A stretch of DNA of 64,000 nucleotides from an uncultured Alphaproteobacteria bacterium (GCA_938083135.1 CALLKY010000002.1:16097-80096); one strand, 5' to 3'. Numbered from the stretch's first letter, positions 18,907 through 29,353 are shown. The notes: generated by a model not told the origin, from the letters alone. Numbers and translations: made by a program.

Positions 18907-20124
18907 ATGACTGAAGCGCATATGCGCGATGCCGTTACGGGTGGCGCCATTGAAGGCGGCTATGCGCCTGCGTTCGAGGGCGTTTATCAGGCATTCCGGG
19001 AGAATTTTGAAGCGTTTGGCGAGCAGGGTGCGACCGTATGCCTATCTGTTGGCGGCGAAACCGTTGTTGATCTTTGGGGCGGCATAGCAGACCCAAAGAC
19101 AGCTGCACCCTGGCAGCGCAACACTGTTGCCGTTGTTTTTTCCTGCACCAAAGCTGCGACTGCGCTCGCTGCGCATCTGCTGGCAGATCGGGGCGCGCTT
19201 GATCTCGATGCGCCGGTCGCCTCAATCTGGCCGGAATTTGGCGTTGCTGGAAAAGCAGGCGTTACAACAAGGATGCTGCTGGATCATACGGCTGGCCTGC
19301 CTGCAATACGCACACCTTTGAAGCCAGACTGTTTGCTGTACTGGGATTATATGACGGGCCATCTAGCGGCGGAGGCACCATTTTGGGAACCAGGAACGCG
19401 CTTGGGCTATCACGCGATAACCTTCGGCTATCTGGTTGGGGAGGTGGTGCGGCGGGTTAGCGGACAATCGCTCGGCGCATTCTTTCAGGAAGAAATTGCA
19501 CGGCCAATCGGGATCGATTTCTGGATTGGATTGCCTGCGCGTGAAGAACCGCGCGTGGCACCCATCACGCCCTATCGCTTCAACAAGAACGATGAGGAGC
19601 CGCCGTTCATCAAAGCGGCGCGGACAAAAGGCTCTATCGCAAACCTATTCATTTTTAATCACGGCGACTGGATGGCCCGAGGCGTCAACACGCGTGCTGG
19701 ACACGCAGCCGAGATCGGGGCTGCAGGCGGCATAACCAATGGGCGAGGGCTTTGCGGCATGTTTGAGGCGCTGCTGCAGCCCGGCGGCCCACTTGGCCTT
19801 TCCGGCAAAACGCTCGCAGGTTTTTCTGAGACGTCCTCCGCAACGCACATGGACGCCACGCTGCAAATGCCGACGCGCTTTGGGCCAGGCTTCATGCACG
19901 CAATGGATAACAGACGTCGTCCTGGCGGTGGTGACAGCGTTATCCTGGGGTCAAGGGCGTTTGGTCATGTCGGCGCAGGCGGATCGCTTGGTTTTGCGGA
20001 CCCTGAGACCGGACTGGCGTTCGGCTATGTTATGAACCGCCAGGGGCCTGGATTGCTGCTGAACGCGCGTGGCCAACGATTGGTGGACGCTGCATATGGG
20101 GCGCTAGGCATATCTCATGCGTAA
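18907..20124 (+). CDS. Serine hydrolase of the beta-lactamase/EstB esterase family
   Basis: S-x-x-K motif FSCTKAATA and class-C-like fold. ATG at 18907 lies 8 nt after the BVMO stop. Confidence 0.8.
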   Translation: MTEAHMRDAVTGGAIEGGYAPAFEGVYQAFRENFEAFGEQGATVCLSVGGETVVDLWGGIADPKTAAPWQRNTVAVVFSCTKAATALAAHLLADRGALDLDAPVASIWPEFGVAGKAGVTTRMLLDHTAGLPAIRTPLKPDCLLYWDYMTGHLAAEAPFWEPGTRLGYHAITFGYLVGEVVRRVSGQSLGAFFQEEIARPIGIDFWIGLPAREEPRVAPITPYRFNKNDEEPPFIKAARTKGSIANLFIFNHGDWMARGVNTRAGHAAEIGAAGGITNGRGLCGMFEALLQPGGPLGLSGKTLAGFSETSSATHMDATLQMPTRFGPGFMHAMDNRRRPGGGDSVILGSRAFGHVGAGGSLGFADPETGLAFGYVMNRQGPGLLLNARGQRLVDAAYGALGISHA

Positions 20125-20165
20125 CTCTAAGCTTTCTCTGATTGCGAATTGAGCAGGGGCACGCG

Positions 20166-20954
20166 ATGGCGAAAGAAGATGATGGAATTGCAGGCAAAGT
20201 CGCCATTGTAACCGGCGGCGGCGCTAAGGAAGACGGCGTTGGCAATGGCCGCGCGGCCTGCATTTTGCTCGCCAGGTCCGGTGTAAAAGTCGTTGTGGTT
20301 GATCTGGATGAATCACTGGCGGAACAGACTGTTCAAATGATCCGGGATGAAGGCGGTGAGGCCATGGCCTATGCCGCTGACGTAACCAGTGAGTCTGCCT
20401 GCAAAGCGATTGTAGATGCCGCCACAGACGCCTATGGCGGCGTTGACCTGCTCGACAACAATGTCGGCATCGGCAGCAAAGGCAGCGTCGTTGACGAGAA
20501 CCTTGAGCAGTGGGATCGGGTGATGCGCGTCAATGTGCAATCCATGTTCCTGATGTCGAAATACGCGGTTCCGTCCATGCGTGCGCGCGGCGGTGGTGCG
20601 ATTGTGAACGTATCCTCTATTTCAGCACTTCGCCCCAAGGGACTGACGGCTTATTCGACATCTAAGGGTGCTGTCATAGCGCTCAGCCGGGCGATGGCGG
20701 TAGATCACGCAGCTGAGGGTGTCCGCGTGAATTGCATCGCGCCTGGGCCAGTCTATACGCCGATGGTCTACAGCCGGGGCATGAGCAGTGAAATGCGCGG
20801 CAAACGGCAGGCCGCATCCCCGCTTGGGATAGAGGGCAGCGGATGGGATATCGGCAATGCCGTGACATTCCTGCTTTCAGAAAAAGCGCGATACATCACC
20901 GGGCAAACGCTGGTGGTGGACGGTGGCGTCACCATCCGAGCCGCTGAACGCTGA
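20166..20954 (+). CDS. SDR-family oxidoreductase
   Basis: VTGGGAKEDGVGNG and YSTSK motifs. Confidence 0.8.
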   Translation: MAKEDDGIAGKVAIVTGGGAKEDGVGNGRAACILLARSGVKVVVVDLDESLAEQTVQMIRDEGGEAMAYAADVTSESACKAIVDAATDAYGGVDLLDNNVGIGSKGSVVDENLEQWDRVMRVNVQSMFLMSKYAVPSMRARGGGAIVNVSSISALRPKGLTAYSTSKGAVIALSRAMAVDHAAEGVRVNCIAPGPVYTPMVYSRGMSSEMRGKRQAASPLGIEGSGWDIGNAVTFLLSEKARYITGQTLVVDGGVTIRAAER

Positions 20955-20975
20955 TAATTTGGACGAGAGAGTTTC

Positions 20976-22580
20976 ATGAGTGATCAAACAGTTGATGTTC
21001 TGATAATCGGCGCTGGGGCATCTGGTGCCGCTATGGCCTGGAGCTTGGCTGAGACGAAAATGCACATCGTCTGCCTTGAACAGGGCCCGCTGATGAACCC
21101 GCTGACGTATCCAAGTGCCAGCATGGATTGGGAGCAGCAGGCCGCGGGCGAAATGAACACCAATCCCAACGTCCGATGCTTGCCATCCGATTATCCAATC
21201 AATGAGGATGAGTCGCCGATTAAGATTGCGAACTTCAATGCCGTCGGCGGCGGGACGATCCTCTATGCCGGGCATTTCCCACGTTTCCATCCATCAGATT
21301 TCCGTGTGAATTCGCTCGATGGCGTGGCGGCCGATTGGCCGATTGATTATGCCGCCCTAGCACCTTTCTATGCGGAAAATGAGCGCATGACAGGTGTCGC
21401 TGGCGCGCCAGGTGACCCTGCATACCCGCAGGATAACGCAACCCGCGTGCCGCCTCTGCCACTTGGTCAGTCGGGTGAGGTGCTGGCGAAAGGCTTCAAT
21501 AAGCTTGGCTGGCACTGGTGGCCTTCCGACACTGCGATTGTGACTGAGGAATATGATGGCCGTGCGCCGTGCATCAATCTGGGCGCTTGCGGAACCGGTT
21601 GCGCGCAGGGTGCTAAGGGCAGTTCGGATATCACATATTGGCCGCATGCTCTACGCGCTGGGGTAGAATTGCGGACCCGCTGCCGTGTCCGCGAGATCAC
21701 AGTCGGTGATGACGGCATGGCGACGGGGGCGATCTATTATGATGGCGACGGCAAGGAACAGCGGATTAATGCGCATGTGGTGATCATGGCCTGCAATGGC
21801 GTTGGTACACCGCGACTGCTCCTGAATTCGAAGTCTGCACAGTTCCCAGATGGCCTTGCGAACTCCAGTGGCCTTGTTGGCAAAAACCTGATGTTCCATC
21901 CCTATGCGATGATCCAAGGCGTGTTTGATGAGGAACTAGACGGCTATATGGGCCCGCACAAAGCGATCCGCAGCCAGGAATTTTATGAAACCGATGCTGA
22001 TCGCGGTTTTGTTCGGGGCTACACGCTGGAAATTCAGCGCGGCATGGCGCCTGTACGAACGGCCATGACCGGCCTCCGCCATCAGCGGATTCGGTGGGGT
22101 GAGACCCATCACGATGATTACCGGCGCATGTTCAAGCGCATGACTGGCATGGTCGCGGTTTGTGAGGACCTGCCAGAAGCACATAATCAGGTCACGCTTG
22201 ATCCCGTGCTGAAAGACAGCGACGGCATTCCAGCACCCAAAATCACCTATACGCTCAGCGATAACAGCAAGCGCATGATGGATCATGCGGTGGGTAAAGC
22301 GACAGAAATTCTCAAAGCCGCAGGTGCAACTGACGTCATCAGCGAAGCGCCGCTTATGTGGGGTGGATGGCACCTAATGGGCACGGCGCGGATGGGCAAA
22401 AACCCGGAAACGTCGGTCGTGAATGAGTGGGGGCGCAGCCACGACGTGAAGAACCTGTTCATCGTGGATGGCAGCATTTTCACGACCAGCGCCGGGGTAA
22501 ACCCAACCAACACAATCCAGGCGCTGGCGCTCTACGTGGCAGACCAGATGAAAAGCCGCCTTGCAACATTGTTCGATTGA
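20976..22580 (+). CDS. GMC-family FAD-dependent dehydrogenase (gluconate 2-dehydrogenase flavoprotein-like)
   Basis: DVLIIGAGASGA ADP-binding motif and GMC C-terminal region. Confidence 0.8.
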   Translation: MSDQTVDVLIIGAGASGAAMAWSLAETKMHIVCLEQGPLMNPLTYPSASMDWEQQAAGEMNTNPNVRCLPSDYPINEDESPIKIANFNAVGGGTILYAGHFPRFHPSDFRVNSLDGVAADWPIDYAALAPFYAENERMTGVAGAPGDPAYPQDNATRVPPLPLGQSGEVLAKGFNKLGWHWWPSDTAIVTEEYDGRAPCINLGACGTGCAQGAKGSSDITYWPHALRAGVELRTRCRVREITVGDDGMATGAIYYDGDGKEQRINAHVVIMACNGVGTPRLLLNSKSAQFPDGLANSSGLVGKNLMFHPYAMIQGVFDEELDGYMGPHKAIRSQEFYETDADRGFVRGYTLEIQRGMAPVRTAMTGLRHQRIRWGETHHDDYRRMFKRMTGMVAVCEDLPEAHNQVTLDPVLKDSDGIPAPKITYTLSDNSKRMMDHAVGKATEILKAAGATDVISEAPLMWGGWHLMGTARMGKNPETSVVNEWGRSHDVKNLFIVDGSIFTTSAGVNPTNTIQALALYVADQMKSRLATLFD

Positions 22581-22591
22581 GGGCTGATCTT

Positions 22592-23050
22592 ATGAACACA
22601 CAATCTGCCATCAGCAATGACGACATGCATACACTTGCCGCCCTCGCGAACGTCATTATCCCGCCGAGTGCGGCATATGCCGTACCGGGTGCCGGAGACC
22701 CCGACATCTGCAAAGGCATCGCTGCTGGCGCACGCCGGGCTGAACGGTTGCAGCGCGCGCTTGGAGAATTGAATGCGATTGCAGACGCTGCCCATGGATG
22801 CCTTTTCCAAACACTTTCAGACAGCGAAAAAATGAGCGTGGCAGAACAGTTCCGCGATCAGCATGCCTCCAGTGCTGGCTTGATCGAAGCCCTGACGATG
22901 CAGGCGTATTACCGCGATCCACGCGTGATGGCGTCACTTGGCATGGACGCGCGCCCACCATTTCCAGAGGGCTACAAGCCGCCTGAAGGGGATTGGTCCT
23001 TGCTTGATCCCGTCCGTCGTCGGGCACCGCTCTTCCGTAAAGCGGATTGA
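22592..23050 (+). CDS. Gluconate 2-dehydrogenase subunit 3-family small subunit
   Basis: 152 aa. LANVIIPPSAAYAVPGAGD matches the IIPxD..PGA signature of this family. Immediately follows the GMC dehydrogenase. Confidence 0.6.
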   Translation: MNTQSAISNDDMHTLAALANVIIPPSAAYAVPGAGDPDICKGIAAGARRAERLQRALGELNAIADAAHGCLFQTLSDSEKMSVAEQFRDQHASSAGLIEALTMQAYYRDPRVMASLGMDARPPFPEGYKPPEGDWSLLDPVRRRAPLFRKAD

Positions 23051-23116
23051 TCCAACGCGTCTACACTTGACGCCCTAGCGCCCATTCAGGGACGCTATGG
23101 TGAGAGGAGACGCCAG

Positions 23117-24319
23117 ATGGACTTTCGTTTCAGCCCAGAGGACATCGCATTCCGGGAGGATATGCGGACATTCTTTGCCGAAAAGCTGCCCGCCGATCTC
23201 AAATCCAAAACCGCCAATGCGCAAGCGCTAACACGTGATGAAATCATGCGCTGGCATGGTATTCTGTACGAGAAAGGCTGGGCCGCACCCAATTGGCCCA
23301 AGGAATATGGCGGTCCGGGATGGTCTGTCACCGAGAAATATATCTTTGATGAGGAACATGGCCTCGCCGCGGCGCCACGCTTAATTCAGTTCGGCTTGGG
23401 CATGTGCGGGCCAGTTATCATGGCGTTCGGTACGGATACGCAGAAGGCGTTTCATCTGCCGCGCATGCTCTCTGGTGAGCACGTTTGGGCACAGGGTTAT
23501 TCTGAACCCGGTGCGGGCTCTGACCTCGCGAGCCTGACAACGCGGGCTAAGCTGGAGGGTGACGAATGGGTCATCAATGGCCGGAAGCTCTGGACCACCC
23601 AGGCGCATATGGCCAATTGGGTATTTCTGCTGGCCCGCACGTCGGATGAGCCCAAGAAGCAGCTTGGCATATCCTTCTTTCTAATTCCGCTAGATACGCC
23701 TGGCATCACAATACGGCCCATTCATCTGCTAGACGGCCTGCATGAAACCAATGAAGTGATCTATGACGACGTCCGTATTCCTGCCGCCAATATCGTCGGC
23801 AATCCGGGCGAGGGGTGGACGATTGCTAAGCATCTGCTTGCGCACGAACGCATGGGCGGCGGGGCGCTCGGCCAACACAAGTTACTTTTGGCGCAGGTGA
23901 AAGCGCTGGCGGCGACGGATCAGCGCTCGGATGGTCGGCCACTGGCTGATGACACAGACTTCGCCCGTCGTATTGCCAACCTGGAAACAGAACTCCGTGC
24001 GCTCGAAGCCGTGATGCTGAAAACGCTTGCCAAAGTATCTGCTGATAAGGCGTTGGGCGCGGAGGCCAACGTTATCAAAATACGAGGCACTGAAGTGCAT
24101 CAACGCCTCACCGAGCTTCGCATGGAAGCGCTTGGGCAAGATGCTATGCCTTATGACCTGGAGGCATTGGAGAACGGTTGGGGCAACCGCGCGTCCGTTG
24201 GCGCGGAATACGCCAACGGGGTCACGCCGCGCTATTTGCACATGCGCAAAGTCTCGATCTATTCAGGCTCGAACGAGATTCAGCACAATATCTATGCCAA
24301 GGCAGTGTTGGGGCTTTAG
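23117..24319 (+). CDS. Acyl-CoA dehydrogenase-family protein
   Basis: 400 aa with YSEPGAGSDLASL active-site region and ACAD fold. Confidence 0.85.
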   Translation: MDFRFSPEDIAFREDMRTFFAEKLPADLKSKTANAQALTRDEIMRWHGILYEKGWAAPNWPKEYGGPGWSVTEKYIFDEEHGLAAAPRLIQFGLGMCGPVIMAFGTDTQKAFHLPRMLSGEHVWAQGYSEPGAGSDLASLTTRAKLEGDEWVINGRKLWTTQAHMANWVFLLARTSDEPKKQLGISFFLIPLDTPGITIRPIHLLDGLHETNEVIYDDVRIPAANIVGNPGEGWTIAKHLLAHERMGGGALGQHKLLLAQVKALAATDQRSDGRPLADDTDFARRIANLETELRALEAVMLKTLAKVSADKALGAEANVIKIRGTEVHQRLTELRMEALGQDAMPYDLEALENGWGNRASVGAEYANGVTPRYLHMRKVSIYSGSNEIQHNIYAKAVLGL

Positions 24320-24326
24320 AGAAGCC

Positions 24327-24725
24327 CTAGCCTTCAGCCTCACGCATTTTCTCGAACGTCTCCCGGGCCGTAATCATGCCTTCGCGTACCAGCGGCAGGC
24401 CGACATATCCTGCGAGATGCAGAATGGCTTCTGAAAGCTCGTCTTCCGTCCAACCGAGGCGCCGCGCCATTTGCAGATGGATCGCGAGTTCAGGCCAGCG
24501 GCCCGTAGCGGTGTCTGAAATACAGCAGATCAGCGCGCGCGTTTTATGGTCCAGGCCTGGGCGATTCCAAAGGCCATCAAATACGGCTTCAATCGCATAA
24601 TCGCCGAATTTCCGCATCATTGGGTCGTCATAGACTTTGGCCGCCATATCGCCAGCCATTTCTTCCCCCATTAGCTTCATGCGGGTTTCACGGCCGCGCT
24701 GCATTGCTTCTTCGTTTCCAGCCAT
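24327..24725 (-). CDS. Carboxymuconolactone decarboxylase (AhpD-like)-family protein
   Basis: 132 aa, AhpD-like helical fold sequence. Confidence 0.75.
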   Translation of the reverse strand: MAGNEEAMQRGRETRMKLMGEEMAGDMAAKVYDDPMMRKFGDYAIEAVFDGLWNRPGLDHKTRALICCISDTATGRWPELAIHLQMARRLGWTEDELSEAILHLAGYVGLPLVREGMITARETFEKMREAEG

Positions 24726-24806
24726 TGTTCGCTCTCCAAAATGTAAAAGTGTGGGTTTGCCCGAACATGCTTGCAGCCTTCGCCCGCCCGGTCCACCATT
24801 CCAGTT

Positions 24807-26900
24807 ATGTACAGAATGGCTTTCGATATTGGTGGCACATTCACGGACTTCGTGCTTGCCGCAAAAGACGCTCCGCCGCGCTTCTTGAAGCTACCGTCAA
24901 CGCCGGATGATCCGGCCCGTGCTGTGATCAATGGGTTTGCGACGCTGCTAGATGCGGCAGGCATTCAAGGTGCTGACCTCGACGCGGTACTGCACGCAAC
25001 CACGGTCGCCACCAACGCCATTATTGAGCGAAAAGGCAGGCCGACAGCGCTGATCACGACCGAAGGCTTCCGGGATGTGCTGATCATCGGGCGGCAGAAA
25101 CGCTATGAGACATACGATCTTTACATGGATAAGCCGGCCCCTCTGGCACCGCGCCGTGCCATCTTTGAGGTGCAGGAGCGGTTGGACCACCATGGCCATG
25201 TGATCGAGCCGTTGGATGATGCTTCAGTTGATGCCGCCGTCAGGGCGGTTGAGGCGGGCGGCTATGAATCCGTGGCTGTGGCGCTCCTGCATGCCTATGC
25301 GAACCCAGCCCATGAGCAAGCAGTAGGGCGGGCTTTGGCCAAACGCCTGCCCGATATTCCGGTGACTTTGGCCGCCAGTATTTCACCAAAATTCCGGGAA
25401 TATGAGCGGACATCGACAGCCGTGGCAAATGCCTATGTCAGGCCCATCGTCGATAAATATGTGCAGCGGCTTGAAGGCGCTTTGAAAGGTCATGGCTTCC
25501 AGAAATCCATGTTCATCATGCAGTCAGCGGGTGGCTTGGTCTCGCCTGAAATTGCGCGTGAACAACCGGTGCGGATCGTTGAATCCGGCCCTGCGGCAGG
25601 TGTTCTGCTGGCGGCGATGGTTGGTGCCGAGGAAGGTGCGGATCATGTCATTACCTTCGATATGGGCGGAACCACGGCCAAGCTTGGTGCCGTCGATAAT
25701 GGCGAACCCGCTGTAACGCCGACATTTGAAGTTGACCCCGTGCGCTACCGTCCAGGCTCTGGACTGCCGATCAATGTGCCAGCAGTGGAGCTGTTAGAGA
25801 TTGGCGCAGGTGGCGGTTCAATAGCGCGCGTGGATTTGGGCGTCATTCACGTTGGCCCGGAAAGTGCGGGCGCAGATCCTGGCCCGATCTGCTATGGGCG
25901 TGGCGGCATTGAAGCGACAGTGACGGACGCTAACTTGGCGCTTGGCTATATCAACCCGGACTTCTTCAACGCCGGGGCTATGCAATTGGACCGCGACGCT
26001 GCGTTGGATGGCATCAGACGCGCTGTCGCGGAGCCGCTAGGTTTGTCTGTTGAGGAAGCTGCATGGGGCATTCACACCGTCGCCAATGGCAATATGGAGC
26101 GGGCGATGCGGATCGTATCGGTCGAACGGGGTCGTGATCCGCGCCGATACGCCATTGTGGCATTTGGCGGTGCAGGACCATTGCACGCAGCCCGGATAGC
26201 CAAGTCCATCGGCGCGCCGCGTGTGCTTGCGCCATTTGGTGCGGGTGTTGGTAGTGCGATTGGCTTGCTTCAGGCTGCGCCAAAAATCGAATCTTCCATC
26301 ACGCGCGTGATGGCGTTGGAGAATGGGGCAGAGACGGAAATTGCCGCGATCTATGAGGAGCTCCGGAAGCGGGCAGACACTGATCTAGCACGGCTAGGCG
26401 CTGGTGGTTCGCCGATATGGACGCGCTATGGCTATCTTCGATATCGCGGGCAAGGCTACGAGATTCGGGCGACCTTACCGGATGGCCCGATTGACGCCAC
26501 GTTCCCTGCGGCGGCGGCAGCTGCATTTCATGCGGCATATGAGCAAGCCTATGGTTATCACGATGAAGCGGCGGCGATTGAAGCCGTTGACTGGCATCTG
26601 GTCGCAACCTTACCGCAACCCGCCGGCGCACTTGATCTAGGTTGGAGAGCGCCAGAAGGTGCCATGCCAAAGCCCCGCATGCGCCCCACTTGGCAGCCTG
26701 AAGCCGGCGGCTTTGTCGATACACCAATCCATGATCGTCAGCAGCTACCGGCGGGTGCTGCGGTCAAGGGGCCAGCGATCATTGAGGACCCGGAATCGAC
26801 GTTGGTTGTGCCGGGGGGCATGTGGGCGACGGTGACTGAACGCGGCCATATTCTGATCGATATCGGCCAGATGGTTGCGGATGGGAGCAATGCACCATGA
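24807..26900 (+). CDS. Hydantoinase/oxoprolinase A-family ATP-dependent hydrolase subunit (HyuA-like)
   Basis: MAFDIGGTFTDFVL N-terminus and ASKHA-like ATPase fold. Confidence 0.85.
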   Translation: MYRMAFDIGGTFTDFVLAAKDAPPRFLKLPSTPDDPARAVINGFATLLDAAGIQGADLDAVLHATTVATNAIIERKGRPTALITTEGFRDVLIIGRQKRYETYDLYMDKPAPLAPRRAIFEVQERLDHHGHVIEPLDDASVDAAVRAVEAGGYESVAVALLHAYANPAHEQAVGRALAKRLPDIPVTLAASISPKFREYERTSTAVANAYVRPIVDKYVQRLEGALKGHGFQKSMFIMQSAGGLVSPEIAREQPVRIVESGPAAGVLLAAMVGAEEGADHVITFDMGGTTAKLGAVDNGEPAVTPTFEVDPVRYRPGSGLPINVPAVELLEIGAGGGSIARVDLGVIHVGPESAGADPGPICYGRGGIEATVTDANLALGYINPDFFNAGAMQLDRDAALDGIRRAVAEPLGLSVEEAAWGIHTVANGNMERAMRIVSVERGRDPRRYAIVAFGGAGPLHAARIAKSIGAPRVLAPFGAGVGSAIGLLQAAPKIESSITRVMALENGAETEIAAIYEELRKRADTDLARLGAGGSPIWTRYGYLRYRGQGYEIRATLPDGPIDATFPAAAAAAFHAAYEQAYGYHDEAAAIEAVDWHLVATLPQPAGALDLGWRAPEGAMPKPRMRPTWQPEAGGFVDTPIHDRQQLPAGAAVKGPAIIEDPESTLVVPGGMWATVTERGHILIDIGQMVADGSNAP

Positions 26901-28567
26901 CGATTGATCCAATCACGCTGACGGTCGTCTGGAATGGTTTGCTATCGATCGCTGAAGAAATGGGCTCAACGCTCCGTCGCACAGCATTCTCAGAAGCCGT
27001 GCGTGAGGGCGAGGATTTCTCAACCGGCGTGTTTGACGCCCAGGCCCGCCTGGTTGCTCAGGGGAATTTCACGCCTGGGCATTTGGGATCCATGCCTTAT
27101 GTCGTCAAAACAGTGCTGGAATATTTCCCTGCCGATACGCTGCAACCCGGCGACGCCATTCTCCTGAACGACAGCTTTCTGGGCTCCGGCCATTTCCCGG
27201 ATTGCTTTCTCGTTAGCCCATCATTCTTGCAAGACCGGATTGTCGGCTATGTTGTAACGACGGCGCATCACATAGATGTTGGCGGCGCAGCACCTGGGTC
27301 TCAACGGGTGCATGGTGTGACGGAAGCCTTCCAAGAAGGTCTACGCATCCTGCCAGTAAAGCTCATACGCGGCGGCGCATTTGACCAAGATTTGCTGAGG
27401 ATGATCCTCGGCAATGTCCGCGTGCCGGAAAAGGTTGAGGGCGACCTTCGCGCCCAGGCGAATGCTACGCGGGCAGGGGCGCTGCGACTTTCCACATTAT
27501 TTGACGAACAGGGCGTTGATATCGTTGAGGCCGCTCATGAGGCGATCCTGGACCGGTCTGAGCAACGGATGCGTGAGTTAATCGGTGACATCCCGGACGG
27601 GCGATACGCATTCGAAGACCAACTGGATGATTACGGGCCAGATACACCGCCAATCATTGTTGCTGTCGATGTGACAGTCGCAGGGGATGAAGTTGAGGTG
27701 GATTTCTCCCGTTCCAGCGATCAGGTCCCGGCGGCGCTGAATTCCTACATCAACTACACGCGCGCCTACACAATGTTTGCCGTGAAGGTGTTCTGTGACG
27801 CCTTGCTGCCGCAAAACCATGGCGGCATGCGGCCTATTCGGACAGTTGCGCGTGAAGGCAGCTTTTTTAACCCGAAGTTCCCGGCATCAAGCGGCGGGCG
27901 GGCTGCGGTGCAAATTCGGATATTTGACGCGATCAATGGCGCCCTCTCGCAAGCCTTGCCGCATCGCGGCATGGGGGCTTTTAGCCATTGGAGCAATCCC
28001 AACATTGGCGGTACGGATCCTGAAACGGGCAAGCCCTTCGTCATGTATGACTTGGGGTTTGGCGGCTATGGCGGCCGCGCAGACAAAGACGGAGCCGAAG
28101 GTCTAGCCCCCGTCATGAACTGCCGGAATATTCCAGTGGAAGTGCATGAAACCAATACACCAGTGCGTATTCACCGGCTTGAATTGATGGCGGATAGCGG
28201 TGGTGCGGGCAAATACCGGGGCGGCACGGGCCTCCGCAAAGATGTCGAGCTATTGGCTGAAAGTGCAGTCATGACCGGGCTTGGCGACCGCCATGTGAAC
28301 CCGCCGTTTGGCATATTCGGCGGTAAACCCGGTGCGCTTGCCTATACCATTCTTAACCCAAATGGGAATGCCCAGGAGCTTGGCTCTAAGGAGGTCGTCA
28401 ACTTGATGAAGGGTGATGTCGTCAGCTTCCAGCTTTCCGGTGCGGGCGGATATGGTGATCCTGCGGAGCGTGACCCAGCCAAGATCAAAGCGGACTTAGC
28501 AGATGGATATGTGACGCCCGATGGCGCGCGCAATCATTACGGATATTCAAGCCAGGAGACTGACTAG
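26897..28567 (+). CDS. Hydantoinase B/oxoprolinase-family subunit (HyuB-like)
   Basis: MTIDPITLTVVWNGLLSIAEEM N-terminus typical of HyuB. ATGA overlap with hyuA. Confidence 0.85.
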   Translation: MTIDPITLTVVWNGLLSIAEEMGSTLRRTAFSEAVREGEDFSTGVFDAQARLVAQGNFTPGHLGSMPYVVKTVLEYFPADTLQPGDAILLNDSFLGSGHFPDCFLVSPSFLQDRIVGYVVTTAHHIDVGGAAPGSQRVHGVTEAFQEGLRILPVKLIRGGAFDQDLLRMILGNVRVPEKVEGDLRAQANATRAGALRLSTLFDEQGVDIVEAAHEAILDRSEQRMRELIGDIPDGRYAFEDQLDDYGPDTPPIIVAVDVTVAGDEVEVDFSRSSDQVPAALNSYINYTRAYTMFAVKVFCDALLPQNHGGMRPIRTVAREGSFFNPKFPASSGGRAAVQIRIFDAINGALSQALPHRGMGAFSHWSNPNIGGTDPETGKPFVMYDLGFGGYGGRADKDGAEGLAPVMNCRNIPVEVHETNTPVRIHRLELMADSGGAGKYRGGTGLRKDVELLAESAVMTGLGDRHVNPPFGIFGGKPGALAYTILNPNGNAQELGSKEVVNLMKGDVVSFQLSGAGGYGDPAERDPAKIKADLADGYVTPDGARNHYGYSSQETD

Positions 28568-29353
28568 ATGGCTATCGCGGACACCGCCCAGGCGCTTTTT
28601 GACGCCCGTCGCGCCAATGAAGATTTCAAATGGCTGAAAGATACGGACCGGCCAGAAACCCTTGCGGATGCCTATAGCGCTCAATCCGCATTGCTCAAGC
28701 TTTGGGATGAGGCCGGTGACGGGAAGATTGGCGGGTGGAAAATCGCGATCACGTCCAAAGCCATGCAGGCGCTCTGTGGGATTGACCAGCCATGTGTTGG
28801 TGGCATGTTGGATAGCGCAATTCATAACAGCCCAATGCAGGCGTCGCTGGGCGATTACGGGCGGTTAGGCTTGGAGTTCGAGCTTGCCGTGCGCATGGGG
28901 TCTGAAGCTGGCATGGGCCGTGTTCCCTATGACGCTACGAGCATCCGTGCGCATGTCGGAGCGGTCATGCCTGCATTCGAGCTGATTGACGATAGGAATG
29001 CTGACTATGAAGGCTTCGACGCGCATTCCCTAATCGCGGATAATACCTGGAACGCGGGCGTTATCCTGGGCGACGCAATTCCTAACTGGCAGTCGATTGA
29101 TTGGGTCACCCAGCCTGTGACGCTTGACTACAATGGAAAGATTGAGACTGCCGTTACGGGGGATGCGATGGGGGATCCGTTCGCGGCGCTGGCGGTTGTT
29201 GCGAACAATCTTCTGAGCCGAGGGCTTAGCCTGAAACCGGGGGACATCGTTATTACAGGGTCGACACTTCAAACGCGATTCGCCGCAGCCGGGGATCATG
29301 CGACGTACCAGATTGATGGATTTCCTAGCGTTGAGCTTCGTGTATCGGAATAG
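28568..29353 (+). CDS. 2-keto-4-pentenoate hydratase/2-oxohepta-3-ene-1,7-dioate hydratase-family protein
   Basis: MhpD/HpcG-family (FAH-fold) sequence. Starts 1 nt after the hyuB stop. Confidence 0.75.
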   Translation: MAIADTAQALFDARRANEDFKWLKDTDRPETLADAYSAQSALLKLWDEAGDGKIGGWKIAITSKAMQALCGIDQPCVGGMLDSAIHNSPMQASLGDYGRLGLEFELAVRMGSEAGMGRVPYDATSIRAHVGAVMPAFELIDDRNADYEGFDAHSLIADNTWNAGVILGDAIPNWQSIDWVTQPVTLDYNGKIETAVTGDAMGDPFAALAVVANNLLSRGLSLKPGDIVITGSTLQTRFAAAGDHATYQIDGFPSVELRVSE

